Shown: piece after piece, positions 8,779-18,819 of the stretch
How the letters are laid out: the number at the start of each line of letters is the position of its first letter
How positions within the stretch are numbered: position 1 is the first letter of the stretch
Virus record (IMG/VR): IMGVR_UViG_3300043827_000628
Coordinates: 27,350 to 91,349 of that record
Direction: 5' to 3' (one strand)
From: a virus
Length of the DNA stretch: 64,000 nucleotides
Notes under the pieces: generated by a model
Seen by the model: only the letters and a program-made list of their open reading frames with translations
The model's database searches: none
Told to the model about the DNA's origin: nothing
Program-made: the position numbers and the translations under genes

Positions 8779-9003
8779 ATGAAAGTAGCATTACAGATGG
8801 CTGCAAATCCTAGATCTTTTAAAAGATGTTACGCTTCTCTTAAAGATAATATATTAAACACATTAAATCCAGATATATTTATTCATACTTGGAATTTAAA
8901 AGGTCGAGAAAGACCAGACGTTGTTACTGATGGTTCTTGCGAAGAATATATAGAATTCTAAAAGTTTAGGAATATACCGCCTCATGTTTCTATAAATTTA
9001 TGA
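8779..9003 (+). pseudogene. Internally deleted glycosyltransferase-like gene
   Basis: MKVALQMAANPRSF..DIFIHTW start; TAA at 8959; in-frame tail KFRNIPPHVSINL* ends in an ATGA overlap with the next gene. Confidence 0.6.
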
Positions 9004-9800
9004 TTTACGATTGTTTTACATTTTTTAATGAATTAGATTTATTAGAAATAAGATTGAATACCTTAAACGATATTGTGGATAAATTTATTCTTGTAGAAGC
9101 ATCAAAAACGCAATCTTTACTAGATAAGCCCTTTTATTTTGAAGAAAATAAAGACAGATATTCAAAATTTTTAGACAAAATCATCCATATAAAAGTCACC
9201 GATTATCCCAAGAAAGATGGATGGGCCATGGAAAATTATCAAAGGAACTGCATTGTTCATGGTCTAAAGAAGGCGGATTTAAAAGAGAACGATATTATTG
9301 GTATTTCAGATCTAGACGAAATTTGGGCACCAAAAATTAAAGATAAATTTGAAGAGTATTTTAGTCAAGTAAAATTTTTATCTGTAGGTATGAAATATAT
9401 AGTCTTTTATCTTAACCTAGAAACTGTGGACAAGAATTGGATAGGGACGATATTTGTTCAAGCCAAAGATTTAATTCATTATAGCCCTCAGAATCTTCGA
9501 AATATAAAAGATCACGTTTCTCATGTCGAAGAGGCAGGATGGCATTTTGGATATCAAGGAGGCAAAGAAAAGGTATATCAAAAGTATCTTTCATGTATAG
9601 AGCCTTTAGATAAATCTAAACTACCAACTAAAGAAGTATTTTATAAAGAATTTGAAGAAAGAATTAAAAATGAAGGCAGTTTTATATATTCAGATAATTT
9701 ATCGGATCAATCTATTAAATTAAAAAAAATAAATATAGAAGAAAATCTTCCAAAATATTTAATCGAAAACCAAGAAAAATATAAACACATGTTTGTATGA
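9000..9800 (+). CDS. GT17-family glycosyltransferase (beta-1,4-GlcNAc transferase-like)
   Basis: YDCFTFFNELDLLEIRL, ENYQRN, SDLDEI, GWHF. Confidence 0.88.
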   Translation: MIYDCFTFFNELDLLEIRLNTLNDIVDKFILVEASKTQSLLDKPFYFEENKDRYSKFLDKIIHIKVTDYPKKDGWAMENYQRNCIVHGLKKADLKENDIIGISDLDEIWAPKIKDKFEEYFSQVKFLSVGMKYIVFYLNLETVDKNWIGTIFVQAKDLIHYSPQNLRNIKDHVSHVEEAGWHFGYQGGKEKVYQKYLSCIEPLDKSKLPTKEVFYKEFEERIKNEGSFIYSDNLSDQSIKLKKINIEENLPKYLIENQEKYKHMFV

Positions 9801-10654
9801 AAATACTTCTTTTAGGATATAGAGGATATGTAGGTAATAAGTTTTTTATTTTCTTAAAAAGAAAAGATTTAGAAGTATTTCCGTTAAGCAGAGAGAACTT
9901 TAATCTTTTAGATGAGAATAAATTATATAATGTAGTCAAAAATGTAAATCCAGACTTCATTATAAATTGTGCGGGATATACTGGTAAGCCAAATGTTGAT
10001 GCTTGCGAATCAAACAAACAAGCCTGCTGGCACGGAAATGTTACATTACCAAAAATTATTTCAAAAATTTGTAATTCGTTAAAGATAAAATATATACAAT
10101 TATCCAGTGGTTGTATATATAGCGGGTCAAAAAATGGACAAGGTTTTACGGAAGAAGATCCGCCTAATTTCTGTTTCGATAAACCTCCCTCTTCTTATTA
10201 TAGTGGTACAAAGGCCGTAGCAGAGGATATTTTAATAAAAGATCCATACGCTTATATATGCAGATTACGTATACCTTTTAATAACGAAAAAGATCAAAAG
10301 AATTATATAACTAAATTATTGAATTATGATATCCTTTTGAATGCTCAAAATTCGCTATCAAATATAGATGAATTTATTGAAGCATGTTTTTATTTACTAG
10401 AGAAGAATTGCGATACAGGTATATATAATATAACTAATTCTGGGTGGATTGATACAAAACAAATTACTAGTATGTTAAACGAATATAAGACAAAAAAACA
10501 ATTTAAATTTTTTGAAAATGAAAATGATTTTTACTCAAAAGTAGCAATAACTCCAAGGTCTAATTGCATTTTAGATAATTCCAAGCTTATAAAGACGGGA
10601 TATAAAATGAAAGGCATTAAAGATTCTTTATTAGAATCAATAAAAAAATATTAA
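9797..10654 (+). CDS. RmlD-like / NDP-4-keto-6-deoxyglucose epimerase-reductase
   Basis: GYRGYVG, AGYTGKPNVDACE, SSGCIY, YSGTK. Confidence 0.85.
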   Translation: MKILLLGYRGYVGNKFFIFLKRKDLEVFPLSRENFNLLDENKLYNVVKNVNPDFIINCAGYTGKPNVDACESNKQACWHGNVTLPKIISKICNSLKIKYIQLSSGCIYSGSKNGQGFTEEDPPNFCFDKPPSSYYSGTKAVAEDILIKDPYAYICRLRIPFNNEKDQKNYITKLLNYDILLNAQNSLSNIDEFIEACFYLLEKNCDTGIYNITNSGWIDTKQITSMLNEYKTKKQFKFFENENDFYSKVAITPRSNCILDNSKLIKTGYKMKGIKDSLLESIKKY

Positions 10655-10666
10655 TATAATAGATAT

Positions 10667-11716
10667 ATGAGTAAGAATATTATTATTACTGGTATTACAG
10701 GTCAAGACGGATCTTATATGGTAGATTATTTATTGAAAAATACAGATTACAATATTGTTGGAATTAGGCGCAGAAGCTCAAATCCAAATTTACAAAACCT
10801 CAAACATAATTTAAATAATAGTAGATTCAAGATGTTGATTGCCGATCTTTCCGATAGCAATTCAATAGATGAGATTGTTAAGGAAATTATACCACATTAT
10901 TTTATTAATTTTGCCGCCCAGTCTTTCGTTGGAAGTAGTTGGCAAATACCACTTCAAACATTTGACGCCACAGCTTTAGGAGTTTTAAGATGTTTGGAAG
11001 CGATTAGAAAATATGCGCCAAAATGTAGGTTTTATTCTGCAGGTTCAAGCGAGGAAATGGGAGACGTTTTATATACACCTCAAGATTTAAATCATCCAAT
11101 TAGACCTAGAAGCCCTTATGGAGCAGCAAAAGCAGCGGCAAGACATATAACTAAGGTCTACAGAGAATCTTACGATCTTTTCGCTATACATTCTATACTT
11201 TACAACCATGAAAGCGAAAGAAGGGGCGAAGAATTTGTTACGAGAAAAATATCTAAAGGGGTAGCAAATATTTTTAAAGCAATAAAAAACAATGAAGAAA
11301 TAAAGCCAATAGAATTGGGAAATCTTGACTCAAAAAGAGATTGGAGTCATGCAGAAGATTTTATCGAAGGAATTTGGCTGATGTTAAATCAATCAAGCCC
11401 AAAGGAATATATTTTATCTTCTAATGAAACTCATACCATAAGAGAGTTTATACAAGAAGCATTTAAAGTAATTGATATTGAAGGGCATTGGATATATACT
11501 GGAGATGGCAGAGCAGAAGATGAAGCCTTTTATTTAAAAACAGAAAAAGAAAATTATATATCACTTGTTAAAGTAAATCCTAAGTTTTATCGTCCAGCAG
11601 AAGTTAATTTATTACAGGGAGATTCTTCAATCGCTAGACAAGAACTAAATTGGACACCAAAAAATTCGTTTAAAGATCTAGTTCGCAGGATGGTCAATTC
11701 AGACTTAAATCAGTAG
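10667..11716 (+). CDS. gmd: GDP-mannose 4,6-dehydratase
   Basis: ITGITGQDGSY, AQSFV, PRSPYGAAK, NHES..RGEEFVTRKI, LGNLDSKRDW, FYRPAEV. Confidence 0.95.
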   Translation: MSKNIIITGITGQDGSYMVDYLLKNTDYNIVGIRRRSSNPNLQNLKHNLNNSRFKMLIADLSDSNSIDEIVKEIIPHYFINFAAQSFVGSSWQIPLQTFDATALGVLRCLEAIRKYAPKCRFYSAGSSEEMGDVLYTPQDLNHPIRPRSPYGAAKAAARHITKVYRESYDLFAIHSILYNHESERRGEEFVTRKISKGVANIFKAIKNNEEIKPIELGNLDSKRDWSHAEDFIEGIWLMLNQSSPKEYILSSNETHTIREFIQEAFKVIDIEGHWIYTGDGRAEDEAFYLKTEKENYISLVKVNPKFYRPAEVNLLQGDSSIARQELNWTPKNSFKDLVRRMVNSDLNQ

Positions 11717-11732
11717 TAGTGTAATTCTTAGT

Positions 11733-12698
11733 GTGGATAATTTATTAAAAAGATTTGAAGTAAATAAATTTTTTTTTAAAAATAAAAATAAATATAAAAT
11801 ATATGATTGCTTTCTATTTTTAAATGAGAATGATCTACTAGAAATTAGATTAAATGAGTTGTCAGATGTAGTAGATTATTTTATTATTGTGGAGTCAAAG
11901 TTAACATTTACAAAACATGCAAAGCCATTTAATTTTGATATACAAAGATTCGCAAAATTTAAAGATCAAATTATTTATATTCAAGATGAACAATATATCA
12001 AATCCCCAAACCCATGGGAAACAGAAAAATATCAAAGAAATAAATTAATAGAAGGATTAAATTTGCCATATTTAGATATAAAAGCCTCACAACAAGATCT
12101 AATAATATTGAGTGATTTAGATGAAATTCCCAAGAAAGAGTCAATAAAAGATGTCTTTTTTGAAATATATAAAAATAATAAAAAGTATGTTAAATTAAAT
12201 CTTAAAAGCTTTAGATATGCAATTAACAACCAGATGATTACAGATCAAGAATGGGCTGGACCAACCTGTACAAAAAGAATTGATATATCTACAATGCAAG
12301 AATTAAGAAAAGAGAATAATGCATTTTATATTAAAAATTCTGGTTGGCATTATTCATGGATGGGAAATCCAGAAGATATTATATACAAGCTTAGATCCTA
12401 TTCTCATAAAGAAAACGACAAATGGCCTAATAATGATGTAAGTTTTATTAAGGAAAGGATTAGTAAAGGATATTCATGCCTAGGGCATGAAGAATGTCTA
12501 TTTAAAATTATAGATTTAAACAAGAAAAATTGCTCAAAGTATGTCTTGAAAAACAAAGAAAAATATGATAAACTAATATTTAAGCATGAAAAAAGTTCCA
12601 TCTGGGCACAAATTACTTCATTATATCATAAAAAAGTTTGTGAAATCAAAGAATATTCCTTGGGGATACGAAATAAATCAAGCAAAAAAATTAATTAA
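11733..12698 (+). CDS. Second GT17-family glycosyltransferase
   Basis: IYDCFLFLNENDLLEIRL, EKYQRN, SDLDEIP, GWHYSW; GTGTAA 8 nt upstream. Confidence 0.85.
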   Translation: MDNLLKRFEVNKFFFKNKNKYKIYDCFLFLNENDLLEIRLNELSDVVDYFIIVESKLTFTKHAKPFNFDIQRFAKFKDQIIYIQDEQYIKSPNPWETEKYQRNKLIEGLNLPYLDIKASQQDLIILSDLDEIPKKESIKDVFFEIYKNNKKYVKLNLKSFRYAINNQMITDQEWAGPTCTKRIDISTMQELRKENNAFYIKNSGWHYSWMGNPEDIIYKLRSYSHKENDKWPNNDVSFIKERISKGYSCLGHEECLFKIIDLNKKNCSKYVLKNKEKYDKLIFKHEKSSIWAQITSLYHKKVCEIKEYSLGIRNKSSKKIN

Positions 12699-12930
12699 AT
12701 TTGAAGAGAACGCTTGGTTTTGGCTCAAAATTAAATCAAAAGAATTAAAATCTTTAGATTGGCTATTATCTTATAAAGGAAAAAAGTTTCTTTTAAAAGA
12801 AAAAGCGTTATTAGATGTTGACAAAACTAATAAAATCACATATAATTTAAAAGATGATAAAATCGGAAATGATAAACCTATCGTAAAAAAACCAAAAACA
12901 TTAAAGGAGTTTTTAAATGGCAAGACCTAA
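12586..12930 (+). CDS. Hypothetical basic protein upstream of recA
   Basis: Overlaps the GT17 3' end and the recA start. Confidence 0.55.
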   Translation: MKKVPSGHKLLHYIIKKFVKSKNIPWGYEINQAKKLIKFEENAWFWLKIKSKELKSLDWLLSYKGKKFLLKEKALLDVDKTNKITYNLKDDKIGNDKPIVKKPKTLKEFLNGKT

Positions 12931-14059
12931 AGCAGTTGTAGAAGAAGTAGCTCAAGGACCTATATCAAATGATAGGTTAAAAGCATTTTTAAAAGATAAT
13001 AAAGAAGACCATTATAATTTTGAAGATGAAATTTACTATAAAGTATCATCTGGCAGCTTAAATTTAGATTTTGTAATGGGAGGAGGATTTAGTCCGGGGT
13101 TACATAGATTTCTTGGAATGAATGAAGGTGGAAAAACATCCGAAGCCTTAGAAGTCATGAAAAACTTCCTTAAAACAGTTACAAATGCAAGAGGAGTTTT
13201 AATTAAAGCTGAAGGTAGACTCTCAAAAGAGATTCAAGAAAGGTCGGGAATCGAATATATAACAGATCCGGACAAATGGAAAGACGGAAATTGTTTTGTA
13301 TTTGAATGTAATATATTTGAAACAGTTTCAGAATTGATGCTTGAACTTGTAAAAAATAACCCTGAAAATAAAAAATATTTATTCATTTTAGATTCTGTAG
13401 ACGGATTAATGCCAAAAAATGACGTAGGGAAAACTCTATCAGACGCAACGAAGGTCGCTGGTGGAGCAGTAATATCCTCAGTTTTAATGAAAAAAATGTC
13501 TATCGCCTTATCTAAGAGAGGTCACATGGCAATCTTTATTAGCCAAGTTCGATCAGATATTAAACTTGATCCATATGCAGTAAATAAAGATATCAGACAA
13601 ACTACTGCTACAGGCGGAAATGCATTATTACATTTTGCAAATTGGATTATTGAATTTGAGCCACGTTTTAATAGAGATCTTATATTAGAGAAACCAAACG
13701 AGAAATACGACTCAATTAAGAATAAAATTATTGGTCATACAGCAAAACTTACAATTAAAAAGTCGACAAATGAAACAACAAATCATAAAGTAGAGTATCC
13801 AATTAAGTATGGACGTAAAAGCGGAACATCTATTTGGAGAGAATATGAAATTATTGATCAACTTATCGCTTGGCAATTTGTTACAGCAAAAGGAGCTTGG
13901 ATTACAGTAGGTGATGATCTAATCAAAGAATTAAAAGATGCAAATCTAGATTTAACTAAACAACATCAAGGAATAGATAATTTTAGAAAATATTTAGAAG
14001 AAAATCCAAAGATCACAGAATATTTATTTGATAAATATAAAAAATTAATACCTGCATGA
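12917..14059 (+). CDS. recA: RecA/UvsX-like recombinase
   Basis: SGSLNLD..GGG, Walker A GMNEGGKTS, ILDSV, FISQVR, GGNALLH. Confidence 0.9.
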   Translation: MARPKAVVEEVAQGPISNDRLKAFLKDNKEDHYNFEDEIYYKVSSGSLNLDFVMGGGFSPGLHRFLGMNEGGKTSEALEVMKNFLKTVTNARGVLIKAEGRLSKEIQERSGIEYITDPDKWKDGNCFVFECNIFETVSELMLELVKNNPENKKYLFILDSVDGLMPKNDVGKTLSDATKVAGGAVISSVLMKKMSIALSKRGHMAIFISQVRSDIKLDPYAVNKDIRQTTATGGNALLHFANWIIEFEPRFNRDLILEKPNEKYDSIKNKIIGHTAKLTIKKSTNETTNHKVEYPIKYGRKSGTSIWREYEIIDQLIAWQFVTAKGAWITVGDDLIKELKDANLDLTKQHQGIDNFRKYLEENPKITEYLFDKYKKLIPA

Positions 14060-14475
14060 GGTTATATAGCGTAAACGGAAAGCTTGTAAACAAAAATGTT
14101 TCAAGATATCTTGTTGATTGGGATAAATCCAGCAGAAGTAAAATTCAATTTAATATAAAAAAATTTTTTGAACAATACTGGAAAAGTCATATTGTATATG
14201 AAGAGTTTCCTGTTTATGGATCTTTAATGAAAGTTGATTTACTTAACGCTACAAAAAAAATCGCAATTGAAGTTAATGGCGAGCAACATGAAAATTTTAA
14301 TGAATTTTTTCACGCAAATTCGCGGATAAATTATTTGCAAAGCATAAAAAGAGATTGCAAAAAAGCAGAATGGTTAGAAAAAAATAATTTTAAATTTATT
14401 GAATTGTATCAAAAAGATTTAAAAAATTTATCGCCAAATTTCTTCTTAGAAAATTTCGATATAAACATATTTTAG
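14056..14475 (+). CDS. PD-(D/E)XK endonuclease (DUF559/Vsr-like)
   Basis: EEFPV..KVD...IAIEVNGEQH...RD..K. Confidence 0.75.
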   Translation: MRLYSVNGKLVNKNVSRYLVDWDKSSRSKIQFNIKKFFEQYWKSHIVYEEFPVYGSLMKVDLLNATKKIAIEVNGEQHENFNEFFHANSRINYLQSIKRDCKKAEWLEKNNFKFIELYQKDLKNLSPNFFLENFDINIF

Positions 14476-14488
14476 TGTAAAATTTTAT

Positions 14489-14737
14489 GTGCAGAAAGAT
14501 TTTCCGAAGTCGTTGCTTGAATCATTAAATGAAAATTCATTTGGAGGATTTATTTTATTTAATTTTAATGCGGAAGGTGATCCTCAAGTAATGACAAAAT
14601 TTGATAATCAATTAAATGCTATGGCTTTACAGCAATATGTTAATTATTGGGCAGAAGCTATGAACTCATTAAATATAGAATGCACAATACAAAATATTGC
14701 AGAGATCGGCAAAAAGAAACGCAAGAAAAAAGATTAG
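14489..14737 (+). CDS. Hypothetical protein with polybasic C-terminus
   Basis: GTGTAA 8 nt upstream; ends KKKRKKKD. Confidence 0.6.
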   Translation: MQKDFPKSLLESLNENSFGGFILFNFNAEGDPQVMTKFDNQLNAMALQQYVNYWAEAMNSLNIECTIQNIAEIGKKKRKKKD

Positions 14738-14774
14738 TTGACTTAAAAATAAATGCAAGATAAACTTATATAGT

Positions 14775-16265
14775 ATGCCTATATATTCTATTCAAGTAGA
14801 GCGTCATGTTTTAGGAGGACTGATTAGAAATCCAGAAATATTTTTTGATGTTTCAAGATTTATATCTGAAAAAGATTTTTTTAACGATGTTCATACAACA
14901 ATATTTTCTTGTATTAAAGATGAGCTTAATAAAAATAATAAGATAGATAAAGTTTTATTGGCGCAAAAGATAAAAAATCTTGGAATATCCTTTAAAGATG
15001 AAATTGACATTTTCTCTTATATAGAGGCTTTATTTTTAACACAAATAAACGTACAAGGAACATTGAATGCTTGCAAAGAGCTTAGTAAAATAAAGGTTCG
15101 TAGGGAACTGTTTGAAACAGCAGAAAATGTTAAGAAATATGTAAAAGATAATCCAGAAGATGGAATTGATTCAATAGTATCAAAAGTAGATGAAATCTAT
15201 AATAATAAAGTATCTCAATATTATATTGAAGGCGAGCCAGTAAATCTTTTTGAAGAAATGGAGAATATTATTGAAGAGATCGGTAACAATCCAAGAGAAG
15301 AGACGGGTTTAAAGACCCCTTATAATAATTTTAATAATTTATATGGAGGACTAAAACAAGGGAATATTTATTCTATAGTAAGTAGACCTGGACAAGGAAA
15401 ATCAACTTGGCTTAATGATATTGCATATAAAACAGCTAATATGTGCAATAAAAATACAAAAGCCTTAATTCTAGATACCGAAATGTCTACTCTTGATACG
15501 CAAATGAGATTAGTAGCAAGTATTTCTGGAGTACCCTTATGGTTTATTGAAACGGGCAATTGGAGAAAGAATCCAGAGATGATTCAAAAAGTAAGAGATG
15601 CTTGGCCAAAGGTCAAGGGAATGACGCATTATCATTATCATGTTGCAAATAAGAATATTGATGAAGTTGCTTCAATTATTCGCAGATGGTATTATACCAA
15701 AGCCGGTAGAGGTAAGCAAGCCTTGATTGCATATGACTATATAAAATTAACTGGTGAAAAAGTTAGCCAAAATTGGGCAGAGCACCAAGCGATTGGTGAA
15801 AAGATTGACAAGCTTAAAAGAATTTCAGAGGAAATTAAATGTCCAGTTATTACTGCGATGCAATTAAACAGAACTGGAGAAAACTTTAATAGAAGTGCAA
15901 ATCAAGTAACAGACGATAGTTCTGCTATTGCATTATCAGATCGTATGCAATGGTTCGCTTCATTTGTAGGCATCTTTAGAAGAAAAACTCAAGACGAAAT
16001 CCAAACAGATGGAGAACAGTTTGGCACACATAAATTAATTGCAATTAAAACAAGATTCCAAGGCAGAGAAGGCACAGGGCATCATGATTTAGTTCGCCGA
16101 AGAACTGGCGAAAATGAATTCAAATACTTTAATAATTACATAAACTTTGAAGTAGGTAATTTTAACGTAGAAGAAAGAGGAACTTTGCGTGAAATCGTAG
16201 ATGCAGAAAATGAAAGACTAGATTTTGATCAAGGCGGTCAAAATGAAGATGGAGAATTATTATGA
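14775..16265 (+). CDS. dnaB: Replicative DnaB-like helicase
   Basis: ERHVLGGL N-domain, SRPGQGKST, DTEM, YDYIKL, MQLNR. Confidence 0.93.
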   Translation: MPIYSIQVERHVLGGLIRNPEIFFDVSRFISEKDFFNDVHTTIFSCIKDELNKNNKIDKVLLAQKIKNLGISFKDEIDIFSYIEALFLTQINVQGTLNACKELSKIKVRRELFETAENVKKYVKDNPEDGIDSIVSKVDEIYNNKVSQYYIEGEPVNLFEEMENIIEEIGNNPREETGLKTPYNNFNNLYGGLKQGNIYSIVSRPGQGKSTWLNDIAYKTANMCNKNTKALILDTEMSTLDTQMRLVASISGVPLWFIETGNWRKNPEMIQKVRDAWPKVKGMTHYHYHVANKNIDEVASIIRRWYYTKAGRGKQALIAYDYIKLTGEKVSQNWAEHQAIGEKIDKLKRISEEIKCPVITAMQLNRTGENFNRSANQVTDDSSAIALSDRMQWFASFVGIFRRKTQDEIQTDGEQFGTHKLIAIKTRFQGREGTGHHDLVRRRTGENEFKYFNNYINFEVGNFNVEERGTLREIVDAENERLDFDQGGQNEDGELL

Positions 16266-16918
16266 ATGTAAAATTAATATCTATAACTCAACCATATATT
16301 GATGGCATCAATAATGCCGAAGACTTGGTTGCTTATTGTGCAAGAGTCAGCAATCCATCCAATCAAATGAATACGGAGACTGCACCAAGATTGTTGAGCT
16401 TCTTAATCAAGCATAAGCATTGGTCCCCTTTTGAACTTGTAGATATGACAGTAGAAATAAAGACAAGTAGAGCTATAGCTGCACAAATTTTGAGGCATCG
16501 CTCATTTTCTTTTCAAGAATTTAGTCAAAGATATAGCGTAGCTGCAGAGTTTGAGGATATTGAATTAAGATTACAGGGCGATAAAAATAGACAAGTTGGT
16601 GAGAATCTTATGCCAGTCACAAATCCTGCATACAAAAATATTAGCAATTTAATTGGAGAATCAATAGCATTATCTCATCATTGTTATGAAACGATGATTG
16701 AAAATGGCGTAGCGAAAGAAGTAGCAAGAATGGTTTTACCACTTACAACAGAAACAACAATGTATATGAAAGGTTCTCTGCGAAGCTGGATTCATTATCT
16801 TGAGCTAAGAACAGAGCAAAACACGCAAAAAGAACACAGAATAATTGCAGATAGATGTAAGAAAATCTTTATTAAAGAATTTCCTCTCATTAGCGAAGCT
16901 TTACAATGGAAAACATAA
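16262..16918 (+). CDS. thyX: FAD-dependent thymidylate synthase
   Basis: ARVS, HWSPFE, RHRSFSFQEFSQRY, EVARMVLP, QKEHR. Confidence 0.96.
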   Translation: MNVKLISITQPYIDGINNAEDLVAYCARVSNPSNQMNTETAPRLLSFLIKHKHWSPFELVDMTVEIKTSRAIAAQILRHRSFSFQEFSQRYSVAAEFEDIELRLQGDKNRQVGENLMPVTNPAYKNISNLIGESIALSHHCYETMIENGVAKEVARMVLPLTTETTMYMKGSLRSWIHYLELRTEQNTQKEHRIIADRCKKIFIKEFPLISEALQWKT

Positions 16919-17814
16919 AAGAAATTTTATCGAATCTTGGATATAACCTTAAGGAATATTCTAAGGAATATCGTACAAGACCATTGTATAGAGATTCAGA
17001 TAATGAAAATGTATTAGTTATTTATAAAGATTCTGGAAGATGGGTAGATTTTAAAGAAAATTTAACTGGTAATTTACAAGACCTAGTTAGGATTACCTTA
17101 AATTTATCTAATAATGTAGAAGCAAAAGAATGGATTAGTCAAAAAGCCCCAAATACAAATACTTATACTGTATATAAAAAACCAGAAATCAAACAAGTAA
17201 AATGCTATTCTCCAGAAGTTTTACTTAAACTTGTCAAAGACCACGGTTTTTGGAACAAACGAAGTATATCAAATGAAACAATGGAAGCATTTGAAGGAGG
17301 AATCTTGCAAGAAGGCAGAATGAAAGGCAGATATGTTTTTCCAATTTTTGATAAGGAAAGACAATTGATTGGAGTTGCGGGTAGAGATATTCTTAATAGA
17401 AGCGAAAAAATATGTCCTAAATGGAAACTTGTGGGTGATAAAATTAATTGGAAATATCCATTACAAGTAAATTTAAAAATATTATCTGAATCAAAAAGTG
17501 TTATTTTAATTGAAAGTATTGGAGATATGTTGGCCTTATGGGAAGCAGGAATTAAAAATACAATTGTTACATTTGGATTAAATTTAAATACAGGAATATT
17601 AAATACTTTATTAATATTGAATCCAAGTAAAATCTATATATCATTTAATAATGATTCAACTAAAAATAATGCTGGCAATTTGGCAGCCGAAAAAGCAAAA
17701 GAAAAATTATTGAAACATTTTGATAAACATCAAATATCAATAATATTACCCACACAAAAAGACTTTGGAGAAATGACAAGACAAGAAATTATTCAATGGA
17801 AAACAAATCTATAA
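16906..17814 (+). CDS. DNA primase (TOPRIM)
   Basis: RYVFPI..GVAGR, ILIESIGD, FNND, KDFGEM; adjacent to the helicase. Confidence 0.85.
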   Translation: MENIKEILSNLGYNLKEYSKEYRTRPLYRDSDNENVLVIYKDSGRWVDFKENLTGNLQDLVRITLNLSNNVEAKEWISQKAPNTNTYTVYKKPEIKQVKCYSPEVLLKLVKDHGFWNKRSISNETMEAFEGGILQEGRMKGRYVFPIFDKERQLIGVAGRDILNRSEKICPKWKLVGDKINWKYPLQVNLKILSESKSVILIESIGDMLALWEAGIKNTIVTFGLNLNTGILNTLLILNPSKIYISFNNDSTKNNAGNLAAEKAKEKLLKHFDKHQISIILPTQKDFGEMTRQEIIQWKTNL

Positions 17815-18788
17815 AAATTTTATCGGCTTCAAGAATTAAAACTCTAGAAACATGCTCTTGGGTCTATTGGAATAATTATCACACTAAAGTTCCTCAAACC
17901 CAAAATGATGGGGCATTAAGAGGCATAGTATGTCATAAGATATTTGAAATTCTATCAAATAAAAAGCATAAAAAACATTTTAACTCAATAATAAAAAAGA
18001 ACTCTATAAAAGGTAGTAAAGCTATAGAAAGATTAACTAAAAAATTAATAAATCAGGCTCCGTTAGATATGAACAATTTTGAAATAATTGATGAAATGAT
18101 TCTAGTTGGATTAAAACATGATTTTTATGGTGAAGACGGCAAAATCGTATCTCCAGAATATGCTTTTGAGATCAAAAGTGAAAATCCAAAATACCATGTT
18201 AAAGGATTTATTGATAAGCCTATTAAAATCAAAAATAAAATGCTTATAATTGACTACAAGAGCTCCAAAGCTAAATTTAGGGGTGATGACCTTGAAGCCA
18301 ATATTCAAGCAATGATGTATAGTTTAGCTAGTAAAAAATTATGGCCTAAACTTAAGCCTATAGTTCGTTTTTTATTTTTAAGATTTCCAAAACAACCAGT
18401 CCAAGAACTTGAATTTGATGATAATCAAATAAAAGGATTCGAACATTATCTTGAATATGTCAATGCCCATATTAATAATTTTAATATTGATAGTGCACAA
18501 TCTAATTTTGCAGTAGACAATCCTAAAAGCAAATGGATGTGCGGTGTTGGTAATTGGAAATGTCCATACAAAGATTTATTTGAATATTACGTTAAATTAA
18601 ATGATAAGGATGAAATCATTGAATCTAATTTCGATGGTAAATTTAAAGTTATAGAAGGATTTAAAATAGAAAAAAGAAAATACGCTGGATGTCCAAGGTT
18701 TAATAATGTTTCCATCAATCAATCAACAGATGATATTTTAGATGAAATTACATCAAAATCAAAAGACGCATTTGATGATTTATCTTGA
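17796..18788 (+). CDS. PD-(D/E)XK (RecB/Cas4-like) exonuclease
   Basis: LSASRI...CS, G..CH, GFIDK, IIDYKSS, QAMMY, C-terminal cysteines. Confidence 0.85.
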   Translation: MENKSIKILSASRIKTLETCSWVYWNNYHTKVPQTQNDGALRGIVCHKIFEILSNKKHKKHFNSIIKKNSIKGSKAIERLTKKLINQAPLDMNNFEIIDEMILVGLKHDFYGEDGKIVSPEYAFEIKSENPKYHVKGFIDKPIKIKNKMLIIDYKSSKAKFRGDDLEANIQAMMYSLASKKLWPKLKPIVRFLFLRFPKQPVQELEFDDNQIKGFEHYLEYVNAHINNFNIDSAQSNFAVDNPKSKWMCGVGNWKCPYKDLFEYYVKLNDKDEIIESNFDGKFKVIEGFKIEKRKYAGCPRFNNVSINQSTDDILDEITSKSKDAFDDLS

Positions 18789-18813
18789 CATATCAACTAA
18801 AATATAGTATAAA
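18785..18813 (+). promoter_or_regulatory. Sigma70-type promoter, leaderless
   Basis: TTGACA-17 nt-TATAAA, 6 nt before ATG 18820. Confidence 0.7.
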
Positions 18814-18819
18814 TAAAAC

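Noticed and set aside
5831-9003. Stop-codon reassignment as the cause of short ORFs
   Set aside because: Stubs mostly end in TAA and lack internal motifs; long genes read through in the standard code and use all three stops
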